The notes under the pieces: model-generated
Told to the model about the DNA's origin: nothing
The model's input: the letters and a program-made list of their open reading frames with translations, nothing else
Databases searched by the model: none
Made by a program: the position numbers and the translations under genes
In this document: in pieces, positions 10,394-18,292 of the stretch
Numbering within the stretch: the first letter of the stretch is position 1
Layout: each line of letters opens with the position of its first letter
NCBI RefSeq assembly: GCF_002945325.1
Contig: NZ_CP026606.1
Coordinates: 510,001 to 542,000, forward strand
Origin: Methanococcus maripaludis
GTDB lineage: Archaea; AGJL01; Methanococci; Methanococcales; Methanococcaceae
Reading direction: 5' to 3'
Length of the DNA stretch: 32,000 nucleotides

Positions 10394-10521
10394 AAAATCT
10401 TCCATTTACTTTTTGATATATATTTTAAATGACTTCGTATATATAGGCGTATATATAGTAAATTATATATATAATTGTATATACATTAGTATATATCTTA
10501 ATAAAACGAAGAGGTGATGAT

Positions 10522-10845
10522 TTGAAGGGTAGAAAAAAAGAGCTTAAAGCGCCAACTCAGGCTCTTTTTATCTTAGAGTCGTCTGATTTATCTAAAATAG
10601 ACAGTCTACGAACCACCACCGGAAGAGAAGTATCTCGTTCGGCATATATAAGGTCTGTGATTCGTCAAACATTCGATAAAATTTCTGTAATTTCAGAAAA
10701 CGAGCATTTAAACAAAAAATTGCAGAAAATAACAGAAGAAAACCAGAATTTAAAAGAAACTCTTTCAAAAGAAGTTGAAGAAAAAGAAGCGTTGTCTAAA
10801 AGAATTGAAGAATATGAAAGCTATTTAAAAAGCGAAACTGCATAA
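10522..10845 (+). CDS. Ribbon-helix-helix-like DNA-binding protein with C-terminal coiled coil
   Basis: QALFILESSDLSKIDSLRTTTGREVSRSAYIRSVIRQTF, then a long Lys/Glu-rich helix. TTG start preceded by GAGGTGATGA. Confidence 0.7.
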   Translation: MKGRKKELKAPTQALFILESSDLSKIDSLRTTTGREVSRSAYIRSVIRQTFDKISVISENEHLNKKLQKITEENQNLKETLSKEVEEKEALSKRIEEYESYLKSETA

Positions 10846-10856
10846 AAGGTGAAAAA

Positions 10857-11267
10857 ATGACTGAAATAGAAGAAAAAGTTTTAAGAAATCTAAAAAGCCA
10901 CGAAGAATTAAGCGATATTTTAAAATCGACACTTTATAAAATGTCTTTAGAAGGTTTTGAAGCATTCGAAGACTATAAAAATTACGCGAATCCAGATTCA
11001 TTCTCAAACGTTGTTAAAAAAATTGAATGGGTCGAACTGGTTGAAGATGACAGGTTATCAGTTCATAAATTGCAAAAAATTAAACTGCCAGACCTTTCAA
11101 CAAAAACCACAGAAATTATGTCAGAAGGCAATTTAACAATAGATCAGTTTTTAGTTGGATATATTGTGCCAGAAGATAAGGTAATCGAAGAAATAAAAGC
11201 AGGAAATGAATTATATTATGTAAAAGATGCGGATTTGTTTTACAAAATCAATGTTGACGAATTTTAA
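10857..11267 (+). CDS. Conserved 136-aa hypothetical protein, paralog of 23987..24397
   Basis: MTEIEEKVLRNLKSHEELSDILKSTLYKMSLEGFEAFEDYKNY... closely matches the second copy over its full length. Confidence 0.8.
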   Translation: MTEIEEKVLRNLKSHEELSDILKSTLYKMSLEGFEAFEDYKNYANPDSFSNVVKKIEWVELVEDDRLSVHKLQKIKLPDLSTKTTEIMSEGNLTIDQFLVGYIVPEDKVIEEIKAGNELYYVKDADLFYKINVDEF

Positions 11268-11274
11268 TTATCAA

Positions 11275-11484
11275 AAACTCTCTTTTTACAGTTTTAATAA
11301 ATAATTTACTTCTTTTAAAGCAATACTTGATCAATATTCCCACTACCCTAATTTGGATTAAGTAATTTAATTGACAACATTTAACACTCAAAAAATACAG
11401 ATTTTAACAATATCTACTTTTTAATAATCTTAACTAAACGATATATCTTCAAAAAGTACTTTTAACAATCCATAATCTAAAAGA
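11275..11484 (+). repeat. 210-bp direct repeat, copy A, upstream of the PI-PLC gene
   Basis: AAACTCTCTTTTTACAG...CCATAATCTAAAAAG; 209/210 identical to 13101..13310 (single difference A at 11374 versus G at 13200). Confidence 0.97.
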
Positions 11485-11584
11485 AGAGGAATGGAATCGT
11501 TATGCCAGCTATTAATTATAATTTATGCACAATTCAAACGTTCCAATCTTATTATATTATATATCCAAATTTGAGGGGTTAATT

Positions 11585-13021
11585 ATGGAAGAAAAGGAAG
11601 TTAATCTAAAAAATAACAAAATAAATTCAAATCCTAAAATTTCAATTGAAAATTCTGGAATATCTGAAATACCTAGGGGGAATAACTGGATGAATTTTAT
11701 TCCAGATAATGTTAAACTAAGTCAGATGTCAATACCTGGAACACATGACAGTTGTGCTTATCAAGGAGGCGAACTTGCTCAAACACAAGATTACAATTTA
11801 AAAGAACAGTTAGAAAATGGCATTAGATTTTTGGATGTAAGGGGCAGGCATATTGAGGATGTTATCACCATTCATCACGGCCCAATTTATTTAAATCAAA
11901 ACCTTGGTGATGTGTTAAACCGTTGCTATGAATTTTTAAATAATAATCCCTCAGAAACCATACTTTTTAGTTTAAAAAAGGAGTATGAAGATTCAAAAAA
12001 TACGGAAAGTTATTATCAAACAATCATGAATAAATATTACAATAGCTCAAAATGGTATGTAGGGGACGATATTCCAAATTTAGGGGACGTAAGGGGCAAG
12101 ATAGTTTTATTAAGAAGATTTAGTTTTGAAGATGGGGATAAAAATAATAATGCGTATCCGGTTTTTGGAATTAATTTACAAAGTGGCTGGAAAGATGATC
12201 AGACATTTTCAACGCCAATCGCAGAAGTTCAAGACGAGTATAAAATACCTGAAAAAATATTATGGGATGATGTGTCGGAAAAATTAGATGCAATTAATAC
12301 GTTTTTTAATAAGTCCATTGCTTCCCATAATTACGAAAAACTATATTTAAACTTCTCTAGCGGCCATATGTACCTATTTGATGTAATCCCTATTGCAGGA
12401 ATGAGAACGATTGCAGATGAGATTAATCCCAAAGTTTCCACATTCTATGAAAATAATAAATTCGTGAAAGATCTATCCTGCATTGTTATAATGGACTTTC
12501 CAACTATTGGAAACATGGAGGATATTTATTGGCAATCCCTCAGAAAACACTTCCCGATATACAAAATAGATGTCCAAATCTTAAATGAATATCAAAATGA
12601 ATACATGTACGCTGCGGATTATAAGCCATTTGATAAAGATAGGAGAAGAGTATTTACCTGGAGACCTGGAACTAAAGTTAATCAGGGGGATTGGTTATTG
12701 ATACCTGTTGCAAGGGAAGATAATTGTTATTATATATACAATACAAAGCAGAGCGAATACCTGTATGCTGCGGATTATAAACCATTTGATAAAGATAGGA
12801 GAAGAGTATTTACCTGGAGGCCAGGGGGGATTCCAACCGCTGGAAAATGGGAAATACAGTTTTTAGACGACACAAAAACAAGATGTTACATAAGAAATGT
12901 TTACCAGAATGAATACCTGTATGCTGCGGATTATAAGCCATTTGATAAAGATAGGAGAAGAGTATTTACTTGGAGACCCGGAACTAAAGTTACTCAGGGA
13001 GTTTGGAAAATAATTCATTGA
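11585..13021 (+). CDS. Bacterial-type phosphatidylinositol-specific phospholipase C-like protein with C-terminal triple-repeat domain
   Basis: MSIPGTHDSCAY, LDVRGRHIEDVITIHHGPIYLN, NNPSETILFSLKKEYED and LGDVRGKIVLLRRF match the bacterial PI-PLC X-domain, including both catalytic His contexts. ATG at 11585 preceded by GAGGGG. Confidence 0.88.
   Translation: MEEKEVNLKNNKINSNPKISIENSGISEIPRGNNWMNFIPDNVKLSQMSIPGTHDSCAYQGGELAQTQDYNLKEQLENGIRFLDVRGRHIEDVITIHHGPIYLNQNLGDVLNRCYEFLNNNPSETILFSLKKEYEDSKNTESYYQTIMNKYYNSSKWYVGDDIPNLGDVRGKIVLLRRFSFEDGDKNNNAYPVFGINLQSGWKDDQTFSTPIAEVQDEYKIPEKILWDDVSEKLDAINTFFNKSIASHNYEKLYLNFSSGHMYLFDVIPIAGMRTIADEINPKVSTFYENNKFVKDLSCIVIMDFPTIGNMEDIYWQSLRKHFPIYKIDVQILNEYQNEYMYAADYKPFDKDRRRVFTWRPGTKVNQGDWLLIPVAREDNCYYIYNTKQSEYLYAADYKPFDKDRRRVFTWRPGGIPTAGKWEIQFLDDTKTRCYIRNVYQNEYLYAADYKPFDKDRRRVFTWRPGTKVTQGVWKIIH
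12599..13000 (+). repeat. Three near-identical tandem units with exact 156-bp (52-aa) period
   Basis: Cores start at 12599, 12755 and 12911: GAATAC(A/C)TGTA(C/T)GCTGCGGATTATAA(G/A)CCATTTGATAAAGATAGGAGAAGAGTATTTAC(C/T)TGGAG, encoding EY(M/L)YAADYKPFDKDRRRVFTWRPG. Confidence 0.95.
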
Positions 13022-13055
13022 TATAAAAACTTTTTACAATACAAGGGCGTTAGAT

Positions 13056-13094
13056 ATGGAGTTATTCTACAAAATCATTGTTGAAGATTTTTAA
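13056..13094 (+). pseudogene. 3'-terminal remnant of a third member of the 10857/23987 gene family
   Basis: Encodes MELFYKIIVEDF*, compared with ADLFYKINVDEF* at the end of 10857..11267; 31/39 bases identical and followed immediately by the same 210-bp repeat. Confidence 0.6.
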
Positions 13095-13100
13095 TTACCT

Positions 13101-13310
13101 AAACTCTCTTTTTACAGTTTTAATAAATAATTTACTTCTTTTAAAGCAATACTTGATCAATATTCCCACTACCCTAATTTGGATTAAGTAATTTAATTGG
13201 CAACATTTAACACTCAAAAAATACAGATTTTAACAATATCTACTTTTTAATAATCTTAACTAAACGATATATCTTCAAAAAGTACTTTTAACAATCCATA
13301 ATCTAAAAAG
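13101..13310 (+). repeat. 210-bp direct repeat, copy B, upstream of the P47/TULIP-like gene
   Basis: 209/210 identical to 11275..11484, constant offset 1826. Confidence 0.97.
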
Positions 13311-13331
13311 GGGGATACCATAAGTACCGTA

Positions 13332-14579
13332 ATGAATGGATGGGATTTAATCGCTGCTGCAAGACAGCGTGTACTTAACAAAGCATTAGACGACGTAGGT
13401 AGTATCTACCATGTTGAAAAAACTTATAAATTGGAAATACTGAAAATACCGATAACTGCAGATGCTAAAATCGATATAAAAGCACCAAATATAAAAGTTC
13501 GTCCAGGAGGGGGAACTAAGGTTGATGTAATATTCCCGATGTCTGGACAAATTGCTGTAGAAGGATTATTTACCAAAAATTTCGATAATGCAAGTGCAAT
13601 AGTGACTACAGATTTATTAATGGTTGAATCAGCATTACAGCCAGAAAATGACAGCACGTACTACGATTTTATTGTAAATCTAAAAGAAGGGTTTATTGTT
13701 GATTTCAAAACAGAAGGAACACCTAAAGAATTGGAAATCCTCGTTGGAATTGTTAAAAATATGTTAAAAGACCTATCAGACAATAAAACATACAAATTGG
13801 CAACAATAAAGATGCCAAAAGAATTAAAAGAACATAAAGCTTTAGTTCCACATTTAGCCAAGTATTCGTTTATTGAAGATCCTAAAGATATAGATAACAG
13901 CGTGCTTGCAATATTAATGCTTTCTAACTCAACTACGGAAGGAAGTATGGCAATTGATAATTTACTTCTTCCAGATGGTTCAGATTCAGGACTATTAATA
14001 TCCAATGACATATTCATGAACCAGATTGTAAAACCCGCGTTAATTGATGGATTAAAAGAAAAAGCTAAAGATAAAAGTGAAGTAGCCTCAAAAATTTCTA
14101 CAAAAATTGAAAAGGGTTTAAACATCATTTACAATACTGGCGATATCAAAATTAAAGAAAAACATAACCCTTGGATAAGTAATCTGGAATCCAAAATCGA
14201 TAATGGACAGTTTTGTGCATATTTAAAAGTAAAAGCAAATGTTACTTTTATGGATATACATATAAGCACGTGGGTCAAAGATTGGTACGAATTTTACATA
14301 GAGGATGACGAAATAAAGATGAAACAGACTAAAGAAGAAAAAGATAAGCATACCTCTGTAGAATGGTGGAAATGGTTAATTGCAGCAGTTCTAGGTCCAC
14401 TCTATTTAATAATATTTGCAATTATTGTAGCAGCAATTTCTACACATGTACCTTCCCTTGGAGGATCTTTTGCAGATATTGCAAAACAGACAGTTCAGTG
14501 GCCAAATCAAAAATATGTAAAACTTTCAGACGTAACCTCTCCAGGAGACATTATAATATCTACAGAACTCGGATTTTAA
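13332..14579 (+). CDS. Putative P47/OrfX-like TULIP-family toxin-cluster protein
   Basis: N-terminal MNGWDLIAAARQRVLNKAL resembles the start of clostridial P47-type proteins. Further TULIP-like text: YDFIVNLKEGFIVDFKTEGTPKELE. Hydrophobic segment WWKWLIAAVLGPLYLIIFAIIVAAI near the C-terminus. Confidence 0.55.
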   Translation: MNGWDLIAAARQRVLNKALDDVGSIYHVEKTYKLEILKIPITADAKIDIKAPNIKVRPGGGTKVDVIFPMSGQIAVEGLFTKNFDNASAIVTTDLLMVESALQPENDSTYYDFIVNLKEGFIVDFKTEGTPKELEILVGIVKNMLKDLSDNKTYKLATIKMPKELKEHKALVPHLAKYSFIEDPKDIDNSVLAILMLSNSTTEGSMAIDNLLLPDGSDSGLLISNDIFMNQIVKPALIDGLKEKAKDKSEVASKISTKIEKGLNIIYNTGDIKIKEKHNPWISNLESKIDNGQFCAYLKVKANVTFMDIHISTWVKDWYEFYIEDDEIKMKQTKEEKDKHTSVEWWKWLIAAVLGPLYLIIFAIIVAAISTHVPSLGGSFADIAKQTVQWPNQKYVKLSDVTSPGDIIISTELGF

Positions 14580-14648
14580 TTACTAAATATCTATTTTTTT
14601 ATTTTTCAATCCAATCGAATTTATTTAACAGAAAAGTTAAAAAAGAGT

Positions 14649-14908
14649 TTAATAGGCTTTATCGTGGTGTTCGTATTCCAAGATAACAATAGTTTCGATT
14701 TCTTCTTTTATTTCATAAATCATTAAAAAAGACGTATAGACATGTATCCGGTAAGTTCCCTTTAATTTATTTCTAAGTGGTTTTCCAACATACGGATTTT
14801 CCTTTATTTTAGTGTATGCTTTGAATATTGCTTCCGCGTGGGTTTGTCGCCTTTTGCAATCTTAATGATTTTATTTTCCAGTTTTTTATTCGCAATTACT
14901 ATTTTCAT
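14649..14908 (-). pseudogene. Frameshifted RelE/ParE-like toxin remnant
   Basis: Minus strand: MKIVIANKKLENKIIKIAKGDK..., then in another frame KRRQTHAEAIFKAYTKIKENPYVGKPLRNKLKGTYR(M/V)HVYTSFLMIYEIKEEIETIVILEYEHHDKAY*. Confidence 0.6.
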
Positions 14909-14925
14909 GAAAAAACCTTAATTGA

Positions 14926-15099
14926 TTATAAACCAAGGAGTTCTTTCATTTTAGCATCATCACTTACATCAACATGCTCTGAATGTTTGGATGCTTTGTT
15001 TTTAAGTACTGATTTTATAAAATCGTCTTTAAATTCTTTTGTGGCTTTTACAAAGTTTAAAACACTGTTTGATTCATCATTTAAAGTGATATTTTCACC
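14926..15099 (-). pseudogene. Probable antitoxin remnant adjacent to the RelE-like remnant
   Basis: Minus strand: GENITLNDESNSVLNFVKATKEFKDDFIKSVLKNKASKHSEHVDVSDDAKMKELLGL*, with no intact start codon in frame. Confidence 0.4.
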
Positions 15100-15840
15100 A
15101 CGTTATTAAAAAGTAGTTCTAATAACTTAATAATAATCTAACTTCTGTTAACGTTGTAGATAAATGTATTTTTCAATTTTATTTTATACAATTCTTGGAA
15201 TATATCATAAAATCAATTAATTTTAAAAAAGAAAGCTATTTTTCGAATTTTAAACTTTTCATCATTGAACATTTTTTATTTTAGTATAATTTAAAACATC
15301 TGTTTTGATCCCCAATATTCTATTGGGTAGAATATGACATTGATCTTCTAATTTTTAGTATAATTTTAATGTTTACCTTAGCTGGTGTTTGCCCCAAATA
15401 TACCTTGATAGGATTTTGCTACTAAGCGATTGTATAATATAATTATATTTAATGTAAAATGCATCCTCATGCATCGCCAGGCAATAACATATATAAAGAT
15501 AAAATTTCAAAATAATATATGGTATAGACAACAACAATGATAATGTTATTTCTTTATGTTAACAATTTGAAAAATCGGTGAAAACGTGAAAGTTAATAAA
15601 TGTCACCTTCTAGGAGGTGACACAATGTAAAATAATTCAACAAACAAACAACAGGGACTACCACCGAAACCGTAATAATCCTCAATACTCTTTTTGACGA
15701 TTATTGTATTTATAATTTTTCTGTAGTCTTTAGTATATTTTGATAACTGACTGATGCCTTTTGAAAAAGGATTAGCGTTAGCTTTGGACATATTTTAGAA
15801 TTAAAGCTAAAAAAAGTTATAAACTCTAAAGAGGTACAAT

Positions 15841-16107
15841 ATGACGTCCTTTAAAGAAAAAATTTTAGGAGCAATAGCATTTAGTGCTTTTCTAGCATTT
15901 CTAACTGCAATCATGCAATTTCCCGGAGTTCCCTCAGGATTTTGGGGAGTAATAATAAATTTCCTAACGGGTAATTATTATTTCTTTAATATGTTCAGTG
16001 CAAGTGCAACAAGCGCAGTTCATATTATTACTTTAGCATTTGTCCTTATAGATGACTTATTTTTACTCTATTTGGGCGTTGAATTCCTTGACGTATTTAG
16101 ATACTAA
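15841..16107 (+). CDS. Small hydrophobic (membrane) hypothetical protein, 88 aa
   Basis: ORF with multiple hydrophobic segments, preceded by GAGGTA. Confidence 0.6.
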   Translation: MTSFKEKILGAIAFSAFLAFLTAIMQFPGVPSGFWGVIINFLTGNYYFFNMFSASATSAVHIITLAFVLIDDLFLLYLGVEFLDVFRY

Positions 16108-16154
16108 AATAACAATCAATTTTTAATTTTTAAAAAAGACATATGGTGATAAAA

Positions 16155-16388
16155 ATGGGAAATAAATCTGGTAAAACTAATATTAAGGATATTAAAGTTA
16201 CCAAAGAATCCGATTCAGGTAGAAATTTAGAGTTTAAAAACACCAAAACTGGTGAAGAGTTAAGCCGGGCTCAGGTCGTAAATAAAATAGAATCCGGAGA
16301 AATTACTGGTGCACACGTAAGAAAAGTAAATAACGTAAAAACTCCCTGTTCAAATCCTGATGGAAAGAAAAATAATAATTTAGGATAA
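16155..16388 (+). CDS. DUF3892-like small protein
   Basis: MGNKSGKTNIKDIKVTKESDSGRNLEFKNTKTGEELSRAQVVNKIESGEITGAHV...TPCSNPDGKKNNNLG. ATG at 16155 preceded by GGTGAT. Confidence 0.6.
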   Translation: MGNKSGKTNIKDIKVTKESDSGRNLEFKNTKTGEELSRAQVVNKIESGEITGAHVRKVNNVKTPCSNPDGKKNNNLG

Positions 16389-16573
16389 ATAATTCAAATT
16401 AAACTTTTTCATAAAAAAATTATTAATTTCTTTTTAATTTTTTAAAATAACAGGCATATCCTTTCTTTCAATCAAATTTAAAAAGAGTAATTTATGATAA
16501 GAATTATTGAAATTTAATGAAAAGGTTATTTTAAATTTAATTAGAAAATTTTTTCTTCAAATATTCGCCGTAT

Positions 16574-16753
16574 TTATCGAGTTATTAGTTTTAGGAATAT
16601 ATCATTATAAATCCATGCAAAAAATGAAGCAATTCCGTATACGCTGGTTCCTTTTAACATTGGTAATAATGCGGCACTAACTCCTCCAAGTATGATTATT
16701 CCAAATATGATGGTAATTAAAACCACTATTGGATTTTCATTTTCTGTTGCCAT
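16574..16753 (-). CDS. Small two-helix membrane protein
   Basis: MATENENPIVVLITIIFGIIILGGVSAALLPMLKGTSVYGIASFFAWIYNDIFLKLITR; internal Met follows GGTGAAAAT. Confidence 0.6.
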   Translation of the reverse strand: MATENENPIVVLITIIFGIIILGGVSAALLPMLKGTSVYGIASFFAWIYNDIFLKLITR

Positions 16754-16771
16754 ATTTTCACCAAATAACAA

Positions 16772-18265
16772 TTAAATTACATTTCTCAGGTTTTCACTGT
16801 AAATTTTCGAATAAATTTCATCAATTAGTTCTAAATTATCATATCTTCCAGATATTGGATTTTCAGATCTTAAATTTACGCCTTCAAATAATTTTTCGAA
16901 ATATTTCTTTTTGACTTCTTCTTCCATTTCTTCGTCAATGTACTTTAATATTTTCTTCATTATGTTATAAATTTTATCTTTAGTTTGAGGGTTTAATCTT
17001 GCAGTCATAATACTATGGAATGACATTGAAATGACTAATACTAATTCTAATCCAAAATCCACATCTTTTTTTGAAAATGTAGTCCAACGGTAATATAATT
17101 TAAAAATTAATTCAAGATATTGTTCCATTAGGGCATAATATCCAAACAATCTCCAGTAAATCTCCATTGAGGTTACTATTTTTAAAATAATATCCATTAT
17201 AGGATTAAAAATTTTAATATTCGTATAGGAATTATTTTTTAGAGCATGCCTTAATTTTAAATCGTAAATCAATAATGCAATATAAATCGGGGAATCCAGT
17301 AGTTCTATATCTGAACCTCCATTTGTATATGCCATCTGTTCTTCTTTTTTAATAAAATGGCCAATCGTGGAAATTATGCTGGAATTGATATCAATATCTA
17401 TGTTAAATATAGATTTTATGATTAAATCGTCATCGTATTCTAATTCCAAAATATTTTCTGTACTTAAGTCAAAATAATCCTCCGAATTTAGGTTTTTTAA
17501 CTCCTTGTATAGGTCACTACCCTTGGTTGAAACTAAATATTTCCAATAATTGGCCCATAATACATCCTTATCAAAATCTATTGATGAATTTAACAATTTA
17601 TATAATAACATTGGATATTTCTTAGCCATCTCCGAAATAAATTCTTCTTCATCAGATATTATATTTAAAAAACATTCAAATCTACCGTTAAATTCAAAAT
17701 CTTTTTCAATCATTAAATAATGTTCATATAATTCTTCAAAATATATCTCCAAATCAGTTAAAATTATTAAATAATCTTTTTTTGTGAAGCGGTCATACAA
17801 CTTATCAATAAACCGATTAATTTGAGATAAACGATTATTTTTAAAATTTAATAAAAAATAAGCCAAAATGATCAATCCATAAAGATAACTGAAAGTCATT
17901 AATGGATTTTCTATATCCGTAATAACCAAGGATAGTAAAGAATTACATAAATCGTAAGAAATGGTGTAATGGGCAATAGTTACATAAATTAACAGTAATG
18001 TTGAAAAAATTAGCATATATTCAAAATATCCCAGTATGTAAAAAATATTCCTACGTTGGGATTTTGAGAGTATTTGGTGTATAGATATTACTAAAACAAC
18101 TATCGAAAAAATCCATGCTGAATCTAACGGGGGAGTATTATTTATTAATGCCGTAGATACATTAGATACAATTTCTGAAGAATTGTTGGAAAATACAGTA
18201 GATACATTAGATACAATTTCTGAAGAATTATTAATCAAAGTAATACTGTTATTTTCCAAAACCAT
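16772..18265 (-). CDS. Membrane-anchored hypothetical protein with large helical cytoplasmic region
   Basis: 497-aa ORF: N-terminal Asn/Ser repeat, two to three hydrophobic segments (IFSIVVLVISI; YMLIFSTLLLIYVTIA; LMTFSYLYGLIILAYFLL), then a soluble region. Confidence 0.75.
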   Translation of the reverse strand: MVLENNSITLINNSSEIVSNVSTVFSNNSSEIVSNVSTALINNTPPLDSAWIFSIVVLVISIHQILSKSQRRNIFYILGYFEYMLIFSTLLLIYVTIAHYTISYDLCNSLLSLVITDIENPLMTFSYLYGLIILAYFLLNFKNNRLSQINRFIDKLYDRFTKKDYLIILTDLEIYFEELYEHYLMIEKDFEFNGRFECFLNIISDEEEFISEMAKKYPMLLYKLLNSSIDFDKDVLWANYWKYLVSTKGSDLYKELKNLNSEDYFDLSTENILELEYDDDLIIKSIFNIDIDINSSIISTIGHFIKKEEQMAYTNGGSDIELLDSPIYIALLIYDLKLRHALKNNSYTNIKIFNPIMDIILKIVTSMEIYWRLFGYYALMEQYLELIFKLYYRWTTFSKKDVDFGLELVLVISMSFHSIMTARLNPQTKDKIYNIMKKILKYIDEEMEEEVKKKYFEKLFEGVNLRSENPISGRYDNLELIDEIYSKIYSENLRNVI

Positions 18266-18292
18266 ATTTTCACATCTAATCCATAAATTATT

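Noticed and set aside
10245-10517. Plus-strand 90-aa ORF MKIIKHFFPSITSNFLSM...
   Set aside because: Mostly antisense to the better-supported 55-aa minus-strand gene, and its C-terminus reads through the TATATA repeats.
12599-13000. Regularly spaced repeats as a CRISPR array
   Set aside because: The 156-bp period lies within one open reading frame and encodes conserved protein repeats; the spacers are homologous protein-coding sequence. No CRISPR array or cas gene was seen in the window.
14363-14686. ORF listed as 107 aa over the end of the P47-like gene
   Set aside because: Out-of-frame reading overlapping the 3' end of a longer supported gene; composition is implausible for a protein.
15603-15791. 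Minus-strand 62-aa ORF MSKANANPFSKGISQ...SPCCLFVELFYIVSPPRR
   Set aside because: No convincing ribosome-binding site, and its 3' end is antisense to the hairpin/SD element; kept out of the feature list.
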